This document shows positions 1-13,340 of a stretch of 64,000 bases of DNA, one piece after another (the stretch's first letter is position 1; each line of letters starts with the position of its first letter). The stretch spans positions 13,640,001-13,704,000 of the forward strand of contig NC_045138.2 of NCBI RefSeq assembly GCF_008831285.2, given 5' to 3'. The stretch is from Nymphaea colorata (lineage: Eukaryota). Position numbers and translations under genes: made by a program. Below the pieces are notes generated by a model that searched no databases, was not told the DNA's origin, and saw only the letters and a list, made by a program, of their open reading frames with translations.

Positions 1-2323
1 AAGTGCATTAAGTAGTATTCGACAATATATGGCAGAAATTTTCCTCTAGCTAAGGCCAGTTTCTTCTTGGCGTGATTTCATTTATCCCTCTTTAATGCTC
101 CAGACTGTCTTGCTATCCAGTTTAATGTGAATGTTGTAATAAATGATCCTATGAAGTAAATATGCCAAATCCATGAACATGCTATTCTAATTAAAGAAAA
201 TGCAATAAAGTGGCTATGCTCTCAGAATATTAGTACGTAGGATGGATGCTACTCTGGCTGAGCCTTGAATTTTGTACTAATGGTTTAAAAGACATCATGG
301 TTAAAAGATCAGAGCCAGCAGGTCTCTCACACCAAAGTGACAGTTCCTTTTCTCTACAAAGGCAAGATAAAAGTTTTGACTGAATGACAAGAACACACTT
401 AAGTTTTGATTTCTTTCATTTAGGATCTCATGTTTCTCACCTAATCAAAGCAGTTAAATGAGGAAATTAATATTAAGATTGTTTTTTTTTTTATTTAATC
501 AAAACTTGAGCTGCTTTTGGGGAAAATATTCCTTTCATAGACAATAGTAGTTTGTGTGTGTGTGTGTGTATATATATATATTCTTCTGCTGCTATTAGTA
601 TGACGTTATAAATGCTCCGCCACATTAAAACTGTGGCGCCTTTGTCAACCGGAGCACAAACGAAGAGTAGTTCAATTTAAGGAGATTCTGACAATCTATA
701 GGGCCGCAAGGACCGGTCCATCTGCAATAGTTACCTGCCTCAATTGCAGCGGAAAAGGAAAGTAGATTTCCATCTTTTTCGTGTTTGGTTTCGGTCTAGA
801 TCAAGTTGTTCGGCGGATTTCCAGGTTTCCTACGTGTTTCAGGATAGCAGAATCTTGAAATACGTAGTTGAAACCTGGAGAAAAGTTTTGATAATTATTT
901 TTGGCATTAGAGGACGCTGTTCACTTAATGGGGGTTGTCTCATCTTGATAACTGAGATAAGCTGCGGCTGCGGATCACAACGTCGATAAATTGATTTTGC
1001 ATCTAAGTAGTTTTACGTTCCTATTTGCACATTGAAAGTCATGCGACTAACATTCTAAATTAAACATTTCGTTGATGGAGGCAAAATTCTGGTATCACAC
1101 TTTTGTCTCACAAGATGAATCTTTTGAATTTTTATTTCAAAATTGCGTAAGTACCTGAAGGAAAATTGGTACATGAGCTTGTTGATCAGCTTATTTATCA
1201 AGCTTGGTTGAGTTTCCTTGCTTAATCAAGTTGGGCTCTGTAAGTTGGTGCCCAGGATGCAACTTCATGAAACAAATTTTTAACAAAACGAGTATTCACA
1301 AGAGCAATCTTTTTATGTTTCATATTCCAAACGCAACCTAAACTATGTTGGGAAATTTGAACTATGCATGATCTTCTGCTTTGATAATTTTCTTTTGAAT
1401 AAAATCAGTGATATAAGAATCGGATCGCCAAACTGCCGATTCGTTAAATGATTTAATTACTGAACAAGCAGCAACATTATTATGTATATATGTAAAATTT
1501 TTAGACGATCAATTAGTTGATCGAAAACAAGAAAAAGTCTTTGGAAGCATTTAAAAAAATAAAAAAATGTACGAGATATAGCAAACACAGTTGTATCTCC
1601 AACGATCGAATCGAATCGAATCAATTTCATTTGATGAAGCAGCCAATTCCGCAGATTTTTTCCGCGCTCTGCTCGGGCGAAGGTTCAAGACCGGCAGTAG
1701 TTTAGTTCTTCCTCTTGAGATGGTCAATGATAATTCTTGATTCATGGTTCCCATGGAAGATGCCGCAAACATTTCAAGTCTACGTCTACTTACAGGTTTC
1801 TAATAAAAACATCAGAATCTCAATATTTCATAAAGTTGGCAAAGTTCTTCGACTCCCTGAATTCATGAAACTGGTTAAGTTTTTCCAACTTTCAAACAGG
1901 AATTGAGGACAAATCTTGGTATCCGACGAGCACAGCCGAATCATAAATTCAGATTGAAACTACCAGCAGTTTGATTGGACTAGATTGGATGCAATTCCAT
2001 AGTTGTGAAGGGCTTCTGCATGAGCTCTGCAGCTTAATGCCATTATGAAGAGACCCCACACCACCATATTCAAAGAAAAAACGATCTTCTCTGCCATATA
2101 TATTGGATTCACAGATGGAGCAGTTTGCACATCTATTACGGCTCCGCCGTAACGCTTTATTAATGTTTCAACTACATGGAAACACAAAAAAGTGATACTT
2201 TCGATTGGATCCGGATCTTAACAAGTATTTAGACTCGTTGTGGGGTTTTTATATAGTTGGAGGGGAGCCAGATCAGACCTGCCCTTGTTTTGAATCGGGC
2301 AGACTTGGATATATATATATATA

Positions 2324-2358
<35 letters not shown>

Positions 2359-2866
2359 TTATGAAAGATATATAGATGCTGTGTGTCAGTGGGGAAATGT
2401 CAGACCGGGCGGCTATGTTTTCTGGTTCGTTTCAAGTTGGAATATGCTCCAAGACAATTTAAAAGTTCAAAAACTCATTCATACTATTATAATCTGTGGA
2501 TCTACAAAATCAGACCCGCCAAGGATACTAGTGGGGGTAAGACATTGTTTGCATTCTCCTGGGGGAAACTTGTTTGGCTGTTGGTACTTAGGATCTGATT
2601 TTTAGATCTACTGAAGCTGCCAGGAACCAGGTCTACCTTGGCTGCCCATGCCACTCGAACCAGTAACGAGCCACCTATCAGTCATTGGCCAACCCCATAG
2701 GAACAAGATCTTCAGATCGAAGCAATTATGTAAATGAACATGAAATGGAACCAATTTGTGGTTTGGAGGTTGATTGACCTTGAACGAGAGCTGCATCATT
2801 TTAGCCAACAGATTTTTTAGTCCTTCAATCTAGCACAGTTGATGTCGAACTCGCTGAATTCTTACC

Positions 2867-3000
2867 TCCCTCGAAAAACGATCTCCATAAGCCTTAACAT
2901 TTCTTCATTAACGTCCCTCGAAAAACGATCTCCATAAGCCTTAACATTTCTTCATTAACGTCCCTCGAAAAACGATCTCCATAAGCCTTAACATTTCTTC
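2867..3000. repeat. 47-bp tandem repeat, about 2.85 exact copies
   Basis: Unit tccctcgaaaaacgatctccataagccttaacatttcttcattaacg starts at 2867, 2914 and 2961. Confidence 0.95.
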
Positions 3001-3639
3001 GTTCTTGTCATATTGGAGTCTTTCAGGTCACCTCTCCATACTTTTATTCTATATGTTTTAAATTTTGTATAATTTTATCATATATAATAATGTAGCCCCA
3101 ACTGTAAGTCTGTAATCGATGTCATTAAAGCATGCCGTATTATTATGAGGCCGCTACAAGGACATAGTTACCGTTGGAAGCAAAAGAATAAACAAATATA
3201 TACGACCAAACTTTCGAAACGGAAAAGAAAATTAAAGAAAGAATGAGAAAAGAAGAGGGTTCACGTCATATGCTCAATAGCTTGCTTTCAACACACTTTC
3301 CGATTATCATCGGTTTAAAAGAAAAAACATTCAAAGTGAAAATTCCATTTACAATGTTGCCATGACATGCAGGGTCCTGTTGCATTTCATCTCTATGGCG
3401 ATACGTGGGTGGTTCAAAAGATAAACAAATATCGCATTAGAATCGAGTTAATAACTGATTTCAGCTTCAACTGCTTTTTTTTGAATTAGTGTTGAAACTA
3501 AAATCAAGTTTGGAGTTTCAGGTCGTCCAATACAATCACACTGCTCTGCGCTATATCTATACAATAGTTCTAAACCTTCAGATCAGAGCGTACTTGGCCT
3601 AATGTCATCCAAATTGACCAACAAAGGTTTTTTAAAATT

Positions 3640-3671
<32 letters not shown>

Positions 3672-3886
3672 ATGGCAGGGTGAGCGCCATTATCGGCTCA
3701 CCACATGGCTCGTCGCCCACTCTGCCGGCCCGCGCCCTCGCACTCACGGGGATCCGAGCTCCTTCTCAACCCCAGAGCTTCCGCTCCGGGAAAAGAAAAC
3801 TTAAAAAGGAGGAGAGAAGAAGAGGCAAGGTAAAAGGAAGGAGGGACTTCCCCCTGCTCGCTCGCCCCCTTGGCTTTTCGCCTACC

Positions 3887-3892
3887 ATGTGA
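3887..3892 (+). promoter_or_regulatory. Minimal AUG-stop uORF overlapping the kinase start codon (ATG-TGA-TG)
   Basis: cctaccATGTGATGggg: ATG 3887-3889 and TGA 3890-3892, whose A is the first base of the main ATG 3892-3894. Only relevant if it lies inside the 5'UTR. Confidence 0.45.
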
Positions 3893-6800
3893 TGGGGACT
3901 TCCCCTGCAACCCAACCTTCACCCAAAGGCCCCAAAGTCAATCCCCCTGTACCAAAGTGTTCGACCAAATGCCTCAACCAAACCTCCACCCTCTCATCAT
4001 CCTCCTCCTCCTGCTCCTCCTCTACTGATGCCACCTTAGACGAAGATCTCCTCAACATAAGTTTTGGGTCTTCGTCAACCGTCACCACCACCACCACCAG
4101 CACCACAGACATCAAGTGCAGTACCAGTAGTAGTACAGCAGCCGCCGAGGACGGCGGCAGCGCCTGGCGGTGCCCGCCACTGGCGATGAGCGACCTCCGG
4201 TTCCTGCGCCGGTTGGGGAGCGGCGACATAGGGAGTGTGTACTTGGTGGAGATGAAGGTGTCCGGGGCGGTCTTCGCCGCAAAGGTGATGGACAAGCGGG
4301 AGCTTGTGAGGAGGAATAAGGTGGGAAGGGCGAGGACGGAGAAGGAAATCCTGGAGGCCGTGAGCCACCCGTTCCTGCCAAGATTGCATGCCGCCATCGA
4401 GTCCGGCCGGTGGTCCTGCCTCGTCACTGAATTCTGCCCCGGCGGGGACCTTCACGTCCTCCGCCAGCTCCAGCCGGCCAAGAGGTTCGATGAGGCCGCC
4501 GCCAGGTACGTCCTCTCTCTCGCTCCCCCTCCTGTGCGCTTTGGATCCTGCGCTGAAATTACTGCGGTCGGGCTTACCGATATTACCATTATCCTATTCT
4601 TACTTGAAGTTGGCGGTCATTCTTTTCCGTGTAAGCAATGTTATCACAAGAAGAATAATTACTGTTACGTGAACATGGTCTTAAACTGGGCCCTGCCTGT
4701 AAAATAATCCCACTTTTTTTCCAGCCACAGCAAAGAGAATGATGATGGTGGTGAATCTTGACCATCCCAGTTCCCACCATGATAACCATGATGATGGTTG
4801 TCATCGTCTTGGTCATTATCATCACCCCGTCGCCCGAGGCTTTCTCCCTACTGAATGATTACCAGGCAATATTGGTAGCCATTTTCATCATCGTGATGGA
4901 TACTAAGATCAGGAACATTCCGTAGTTTTGGGCTTTTCTGTGATGGAATGGTGACCGTGTCTCCGACATAGAGGAGAAAGGAAATTGTTTTGTAAAAACT
5001 GAATTGAAAATCTCATGGCTATTGCTCTTGCTTCATATAAAAAAAATGTAGGATGGCCTTAAAGAATGAAAGCAACCAAAAAATTGCATGGTGGATAGGT
5101 TATGAACCCAATTGTTTCTCTTTCTTCTTTTTTTGTTTTAAATCTGCGACCAAGCCAGGAGGAAACTTCTCCGTTGTTGACCATACTTTTGGAGGTACTC
5201 AATCGGCAGAAATGTTCGAAACTCTTGTATCAACCTACTTGGACATGATTCTGCAGCGCTGTGAACTCGTGAATTCTGAGGCTTGATGATGACAAAAAAG
5301 TTGCCAGTGTAACATGAAGCGTATCCTTATGGACCAGTGTTTCTCCGTCCAAATCGCAGGAGAATGCCTCCTGCAATGGAAAACGAGACAGAATACCTTA
5401 ATTCATGCTAGAAGAAACCATCCCTTTTTCGTCCCTATTGCATTAATTTCTGTGAAACCGCAGTTATCTTGTGAAGCGATACCTAATTGCTGCCTTTTGT
5501 CAACCAAAGAGTGATATAATTCAAATAGATGTTCAATGATCATTATAAAATGTGCTTTAGTACTTACAAGATGGTAGGTGAATATGAGCTCTAAAGATAG
5601 ATACAATTTTCATTAGCCTTGCAGAAGCCCGCTTTGGTTAAGCGGCCGTTTTCGTAATTTGAAAGCTGAAGTCATTTTTTTTATTATTATTAGTTCACAG
5701 CAACGGAACAAATTCCGAAACATCTTTGTCTTTCAGAAAATTTTCTGAATGGCTCGGATCCAGGTTTGGTTAAGTCAATTGGTCCAGGTATTATCTATCC
5801 CAGTTGTACATCTACCTTCACTTGCATGATTCATGCGTCCGGCTTAACCCGCCGAGAGAGTAGGTCCAGGTGGGTCTCACTGGGCCTTGTAAAATAGAAA
5901 CAGAAACTGGCTACACCCGGTTGGCTCCTTCTACGCTGGGTCCAGACAGACCCAGATCTATGGCAGAGGTCTTATTTAATGCATCCGCGATAACTTCACG
6001 ATGTACATCAATACGGTATGTTGGACTGCCTCGCTTTCTGGGCAATTGCATTTAAACTCCACACCTTCTTTTGTGCAGAAGCATGCACTAAAATAGATTT
6101 TTCTGAAATTGTCATACTCATCTCTGTGTGTGTGTGTGAGTGCATGTGCATGTGCATTCACTCCGTAGTCCCAGTCATCTTGTTTTGGAGTAACTGTGGT
6201 TACATCGGATGAGATTCGTATTAGAGGTGAGCTTTAAGGCCAGAAGAACCTTCAAGATCGGTGTAGCCGAATTCCACCGATTAGATATTATATGTAGTAA
6301 TTTACAACCAGAGTATCTATGGTGGTGCTTTTGTTTGAATCCAGAGAGCAGATTCGAGGAATCCACGAAGCGATTCGCAGCTTGCGATGGCATCAAATCC
6401 ATCTACAGTCTTTTAACAGTTACAGCAGAAAATCTTTCAAGGCCATCATCTCCATTTTATCTTCTCCGCTTGGCAATATGTGAACTCATCTGCTTAAACC
6501 AATCTCTTAAATATATTCACGTTCTGAATCAAAGCCATTCTTAAACAACAGGAGATTAGAAATTTCTTTATTTAGTTTTTGAAGTTTTGGATGTTTGATC
6601 TCTTGGCTTTGGATTGTAGATTCTATGCTGCGGAGGTGGTCGTGGCGCTGGAGTACGTCCACATGTTGGGGATCGTGTATCGTGATCTAAAGCCGGAAAA
6701 CGTGCTCGTGAGATCGGACGGTCACATTATGCTCACAGATTTCGACCTCTCTCTGAGGTGCGACGCTCCGACTTCCGCCACCTTTCTGCTCTCCGACTCC

Positions 6801-7421
6801 TCTTCCGGTCCCAAGTTCGGACCCGACCCGAGACGCTTCCCGGCCACCTCATGCATACTCCCCGGCTGCATCGTCCCTGCGGTCTCCTGCTTCCACCCCA
6901 TGCGCCGCTGGAAGAAACGCTCAACCAAGAAGTCCGTCCCCGACGTCGTCGCCGAGCCCGCCGACGTCCGTTCCATGTCATTCGTCGGCACCCATGAGTA
7001 CCTCGCGCCGGAGATCATCTCCGGAGACGGCCACGGCAGCGCGGTGGACTGGTGGACCCTCGGCATCTTCGTCTTCGAGCTCCTCTACGGCGTCACCCCC
7101 TTCCGGGGTGCCGACCACGAGTCAACGCTCGCCAACATCGTCGCGCGCGCGCTCGAGGTCCCCACCGGGGATGCAGCCGGCAGCGTGTCGAATGCGGCTC
7201 GGGAATTCATCGCCGCTCTGCTGGTGAAGGAGCCGGAGAAGCGGCTCGGCTCCACCTTGGGCGCAGCAGCCGTGAAGCGCCACCCTTTCTTTGATGGGGT
7301 TAATTGGGCGCTGCTGAGGTGCGCCACCCCGCCGTATGTGCCGCCGACGCCGTCGGCCTCCCGCGCAGCTGATATGGCTGCGAAAGACAGCAGTTCGGAT
7401 AGCAACGTACCATATTTCTAA
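3892..7421 (+). CDS. AGCVIIIa (AGC1 / D6PK-related) serine/threonine protein kinase; exons 3892-4505 and 6620-7421
   Basis: Exon 1 has a Ser/Thr-rich N-terminus, [17 protein letters not shown] and [13 protein letters not shown] intron (4506-6619) joins AAAR/FYAAEV in frame. Exon 2 has YRDLKPEN, the AGCVIII-diagnostic DFD, an insertion, [20 protein letters not shown] and a PIF-like end (VPYF*). Confidence 0.93.
4533..4680 (+). repeat. Copy of a diverged ~150-bp dispersed repeat (GCTTYGGATCCTGCG family) at the start of the kinase intron
   Basis: gtgcgctttggatcctgcg...aaattac...tattcttact...gtgtaagcaatg...agaagaataatt; the same block order recurs at 10-13 kb. Confidence 0.6.
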
Positions 7422-10011
7422 AGACCTCCAGTCTGCAGCTAGCACTGTCTGTTGACATAGCAGCTGGCTTTTCCTATTCTGTGCCGTGAATATGCATAAG
7501 GCAGGCATGTGATGCAGTAGAACCATTAGGTTTCAGTATGCCACCAAGTTTTCTTTCTGCCGCTGGTGGAACGGCTGCAGTCATTCATCTCGTTGATTGC
7601 TTAATTTGCTTAGTGACCAGCTGACCGTTGTTTCTTCACCCTTCGTTTGGAAGTTCTAATGAATGACTTGGTTGCACTTGCTCCATGATCTAAGAATCAT
7701 GAATTTCTGGCAACCCACCTTCTATATTTGTTTGTTTGTTTTTCTTCTTTTCTTTTCTTGGATTTGCATGTGAGAAACTATAGGAGATCGCTGTTCTGCA
7801 CTTTGTGTACTCCAAAGAATAATTTTATTGGCCTTGGGTGCATTTGATGATTAGCTTCTGTTAATTAAAACGGAACGGTGCTAGATGCATGGGTTTTAAA
7901 AATAGCACTGCCGGGCAGCAGTAACATGAGTGAAACTGATCCATGGTATGGTGCTCCATATACACGAAGAAGAGCTAGTTGTTGTTGTTGATTATGATGA
8001 TGACCATGATGATGTTGATGATGATTATGGTGCAACAGCTTTTTATGCGCGGGGTGCATCGTGCTATCATAACCACAGGCAGTTCTTCTGATCATGGATG
8101 TGCTCGTTCATTATCAATTCGTATTTGCATATGTTCAACATATCATTGTTTATTTTATGTCATTCTTTCTCTCTGTAATTGAAGAAAATTAAGAAACAAA
8201 AGGAATCTCTCTCTCTCTCTCTCTCTTCTCGCTTTCCAAATTCTGAACCTGACCAGTCGGTTACAGAGCCATCACAGCCATACAATCAAAATGCATAGAA
8301 TAAGCCGAATGGAAAAGCTGACAATCTTTCGGATCCAATATTCTTGAAATCTGATTTATCTGACATGGCACTTATGAACAAAACTCATACTTTTTTACCG
8401 GGAAGTTTATCCTCTGCAATTACTAGCTACAGCTTCCCCGACAACTCTCATTCTTGATCTGGGTACTGGAACCGGTTATATTTTCCTCCCCCCCGACGTT
8501 CTGAATTTGTCATGCCTTACAGAGCATGACACCAAAGCAAAGACGATTAGCGTCCGAAGTCCCGAAGTCCCGAAGCTTCATCTGCATGTGAAAATTTTCC
8601 GACAATTAAAAAACAGAGCTGGGGTTAATTTCATTAGGAAACGAAAAACATGTAGAGCATTTACTATTTGAGGATACCTTAATTTTAGATAAATCACGTC
8701 ATGAAGACTTCCACAAACGTTCTTACAGATGGTTGCGTTTCTTATCTATGGTTAACCACATACATAGAGGCAAGGCGGAAACAAGCGTTTCTAAGTTTAT
8801 GAGGTGCATGATTGCTTCAAATTTTAAATTCATAGATTTGATGCAGCATGTTTTAAAGTTCTACGCTTTAATCTATGGTTCATCAAACGAATTATTAATC
8901 TTGGGTTGGATTTCAGATTCACACTTAGATCCTCTTAATGACAACTGATCGATGATCAGAAAAGGAAGGGATTGATCTTAAACTACTGTTCTCAAATTAA
9001 AGTAGATGAAAGGAAAGGGAACCCATCAACATATTAGACATCTAAGACTCTGAATCTTGTAGTCGTTTGATCATTGGGTGAAAGCAACCAGATCTATAAT
9101 TGGGAATACAAGAAGAAACAAAAAGTAACATGGCTTCAGCATGATGATAAAAAAATTATACACTTGAAATTTTGCGCACGAGCTTAAGTTCTTGTTTCAA
9201 AATTGGAGAAACAAGTATTATTTTAATATATTGGCGCGGGGCTTTTATTTTTTTAAAAGAAAAGGCACATGAATCCTGTGCTCAAGAAAGGCAAACTTGA
9301 TAAATACTCCAACAATTGATAAAAGGAAGAACGCAACCAACGAAAGTAAAGTTCGGCGAGAAAGAAGCGTACACGCATTTAGTGGACCAGAAGTCAATTT
9401 CTTTTTGGGATCTTTTCTCCTTGTTTTAGTAACTAAAACTTTCAGTTACGTTGCATAGTGCAGCAACCCAATGGGTCATTAATTGTTTGAGCTGCTTCCA
9501 AGTTTTCAGTTGGCGGAGTCCCGCGATCAGGCAATTAAAGTTCATAATAATCGACCAGGCAATGGCAGATTTTCAGGTTGACATCTTGCGGTTTTCTTAC
9601 GTTAAAATATAAACAACGTCAAGCTTACTGAAATAGATGTTTCATGTAGATTAGTAATTTAGTTGTGTGATCACGGTTAGGCATGCGTATATGAAGGTTT
9701 TACCACTCTTACTACCGCTTGCCATGATCCTCGGTCAGATCTAAGTTTGAATTAGAGGCGCATATCGCTTGCAGGCTTCCTTTGTTAGTTTCTTCAGAGA
9801 TGGCAACAGCTGCTACAATTTTTCTCCATGGTTTGAGAAAAGAAAAAAATTTTCTCAATTACGTAGCGGACACACAGCCATTCGCCAACTAGTGGCAATA
9901 TATTTCTGCAAGCTGATTCGACATAAATGATCAGAGAAAAAGAAATCTGTCTCAGACAGCAGGGGAAGTTTCTGTACGTCTTTTCTCTCTCTCTCTATTT
10001 CTCTCGAAGTA

Positions 10012-13000
10012 CGAGAGCTTCGGATCCTGCAGTATGATTATTATTGCTGCCATTAATTACCACCATTAATATTTTGTCTTTATTCTACTTTGGAGTTGCC
10101 AGCCATTCGATAAGTGTAAGTAATGTCATCATTACAGGAAGAAGAAGATAAATATTAGTTTTAAGCAATCGTGCTAAGTACGTGCGCTTTGGATCCTGCG
10201 CAAAATTACCGTATTTAGTTTCGTTATAAAATAATTCTAGTTAATTGCATAGACATCCAACCTTCTAACGGAATTTACAAGGCCGTCCCCCCTAAATATA
10301 TTTAAACAATTCGCCTCGGTCCTTTTTGGGTAGAGGCATTTTTTGAAATCTGACCGTACTGGGTCCCGCTCGGGCCCCAAACTCAACCTGAGTTTAGGCT
10401 ATACTGTTCGAGCCTAGCTCGAGACCGGGCAGGGCCCTGGATTGAGCTAAAATAAAGAAACCTTGTCCTCGCGGTTGTATCTATTGCATTTTCTTAAGAT
10501 TCTTATATTTGAATGTACCATTAAAAATCAAATTATAGTAAGAAGGAGTAGGAGTTATCTGTATTGGTCATATTTGTTAACCTAGCCCAGCCCGGCCCAG
10601 TTCCATCCTTAGTCAAAACCCATCTGCGTTTTAGTTAAACATCTTAGGTGTACTGTTAATTTAGGACGATGGTTACCGACGGTCTCTTTTCTTTTCAACA
10701 TTCACTGAACGCACTATATGTTTTTTATTTATCATGATCTTCAATAAATTTTATACATGTCATGTTTATTAATGGTCATATACTCGTTGTTGCGCCCTTA
10801 CATAATTTGCCACAATCACTCTTTTACATTAATCATGTTAGCTACTTCAATCTGGACAAGCTAATAGTTGTATGGTAATTAAAGGAAGGATACTTCATGT
10901 AATTCAACTTCGTCAAAATTTGAGATTACATATCATCATTTCTTTGAAATTTCTAGGTGGATTTCGCATGAACTTAGACTAGAAAATGAGACTTCTCAGA
11001 CCGAGAAGACACAACAACACGTACGTGTATGAAATATGTTTTGCGTTAAATAAGAAATTTTACACTTGGATTTAGAAATTCGTAAGTTCAAATTAAACGA
11101 GAGAGCAATGGGTTTGAACTAGGAAGCTCTATCTTTTTGTTCAATTGTAAATCAATAATATCAGAGAACAAGTTTCATCTCCCCTAAAGTAGAGACTTGC
11201 ATGAGATTAATGCTTACTAAAGGAAAAAAAAGTATGACAAAGGAAGGAAATGCCAAAAAACAATATATATATATATATATATATATGTTGTTAATATATA
11301 TATGTATATATTAACAACATAATATAAGAAAAATTGGATGTGAATTGTACCTTTTAGTGAACCAAAAGTATATCGACCTCCTTCTTGTGTGATTGGTCAT
11401 AAGTCATCACTCGGCTTCTTTACCGAAGTTGAGCAGTCTTTCCCCGCGAGATTGAACAGGGCGTGCTTCAATTAAGCTTCATGGTCTTCGAACCTGGAAG
11501 TCCTCTTACCTGCCTCCGACTCTTCAGCTGGCCAGAGTCGACCTCATATGATGAACTTGAGCTAAGACAGAAACCTCATCACTGCTGGTGCGCCTTGGCT
11601 TCGGTTTCCAAATCCCTTGAAGCCATCGCACCCGCCATTAGTTTGCCTTAAACTTGAGAAGATGACGAACAGGTATGCATGAGAGCACGTAGCTATGTAT
11701 ATATAGAGGATCTTCATATATATAATCATCTAACTTGATTCCTGACTAGTTCTATGGGACGTAACTATTTATAATCCTCTTTGGGAAATCAGCTTCATTC
11801 CAACTGTCATATTATTCTTTTATATGTATATGACTTAGATTTCATATATACAGCAAGTTGTGCAAAGGAACACGTGTTAAGTGTAATATTTTTTGTTCAG
11901 CTCATTAGAAAGAATTATCTTCTCGTTCTCTTTCTAGGTCTGAGCTTCGGATCCTGCGACGCCATTAATCGCTATCATTATCTTTGATAATTACCGGGAT
12001 CTACAGTCGTCCGTAACGTGTAAGTAACAAGCAGCAGGAGAAGGAAAAGAACAGGAATAGTTTAATCGGACGTGCTTGGTACGTGCGCTTTGGATCCTGC
12101 GTTACGTTGCCGTCATCTTGTCGTTATCGGCATTATAAAAATGCTTTTACCATATTCTACTGGGGATGGATGGCCACTTTTTCACGCTTAATAAATTACT
12201 TAAGACTGTTGGAGATGAATAATTAAGTTTACCCTAACGTGGTTGCACCGGAGCGCCGATGGTTGACTTCTTGTGACCACCGATAATGGATGATGATGAT
12301 CATGATCATCATAATGTCTTCATGGTCTTGCAATTAAGGACGTTTAAAGTTTATTGGCCTCCAAATTCAACTTTTGTTTCTGCTTAACCCTGTAATTAAA
12401 CCAGGGCACTTCCAGTTCAATTGAAAGCTAATTTACCCGAATTTAATATAACAAGTGGTCTTGCTTGGTAGTTAATTGCTGTCGACATATCCAATGGCCG
12501 GTCAGCAAGAAAAGGCAAAAAAAGAAAAAAGAAAAACAGAGGAGAATATAAAGAATATTCAAGGCGTTTAATTTCTCTTTTCTAAAAGAAAATGGAAACA
12601 TAGGTGCCTATTTGGAATTAGACTTACCAACGTGGCCCTCGATGAAATTTCATCTCTCTCTCTCTCTCTCTCTCTTCTTTCTGCGCGGGCGCGCCAGTTT
12701 TCTTGCTTTGCGTGCCCTTTGGACCCTGAGTGTCTGAGTGATTCACCAGCATATCATATTCTACTGGGGATTAGCACAGAAAGAAAAAATAACATAAATG
12801 CGATTGTCAACTCTGGAACGAGGGACCTGGCTCATGTTAAGCACAGAAAATCTTATCCTACAAAACAATCTTATCATGCAGACCAAGTTCAGTGGAACTT
12901 TCCGCCAAGTTCAGTGAAACTTTCCGCCATGGCTACCTCCACAATCACCACCACCACCCATCATATTTCTTGCACTCATTTCCTTCCTATTGGGGCCTTC

Positions 13001-13340
13001 TTGTCATTATGTATAAGCCTTGCAGATCTTCACAATGATAATTAATGGTGATCATTTTCCTCAAAGTGAAAAAAGTTAAGTTTCATGGTGATTTTTGCAG
13101 AGACCATTGTCATCATCATCTTCACTGTCGACTTACGGCGCCTCTCTCTGTCGTCCACATTATCGATTTACTGCGCCTCTCTCTTTCGTTATGCAAACGC
13201 TTTGGATCCCCGGTGTAATTACTGTCGTTGTCAGTAGGAAATGCTCCCGCATTATCTTATTCCACGTTCGGATTAGTAATTTTCCTTTGCGGGGTACTGC
13301 AATCAACAGAGAAGAATAGTATCCACTGTTGAATGAACAG
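10012..13340 (+). repeat. Cluster of about six diverged GCTTYGGATCCTGCG-family units (near 10015, 10180, 11942, 12080, 12710, 13197)
   Basis: Recurrent core (cgtgc)gct(t/c)tggatcc(tgcg), usually after a CT-rich tract and followed by tattctac, gtgtaag and agaaga blocks. Two are head-to-tail pairs (10015/10180 and 11942/12080). Confidence 0.6.

Noticed and set aside
2867..3000. Regularly spaced repeats superficially like a CRISPR array
   Set aside because: The units are contiguous with no unique spacers, there are no cas genes and the context is eukaryotic. It is a simple tandem repeat.
3882..7526. Many overlapping antisense and alternative-frame ORFs over the kinase exons
   Set aside because: These are shadow ORFs from GC-rich coding sequence with no recognisable domains.
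7979..8035. (GAT/GTT)n tract giving His/Gln- or Met-rich ORFs
   Set aside because: Microsatellite translation with no gene structure.
10330..10610. GC-rich gggcc/cccgg motifs suggestive of a hAT/MITE remnant (similar at 5750-5960)
   Set aside because: I could not define paired TIRs or a TSD by eye.
11284..11321. 17-bp AT-rich stem-loop (tatgttgttaatatata...tatatattaacaacata)
   Set aside because: Short and adjacent to a (TA)n tract, so most likely a slippage or fold-back by-product.
11400..11710. Minus-strand TATA-like box followed by several short ATG frames, considered as a small signalling-peptide (CLE/CEP-type) gene
   Set aside because: All frames are under about 20 codons, with no signal peptide or recognisable peptide motif.
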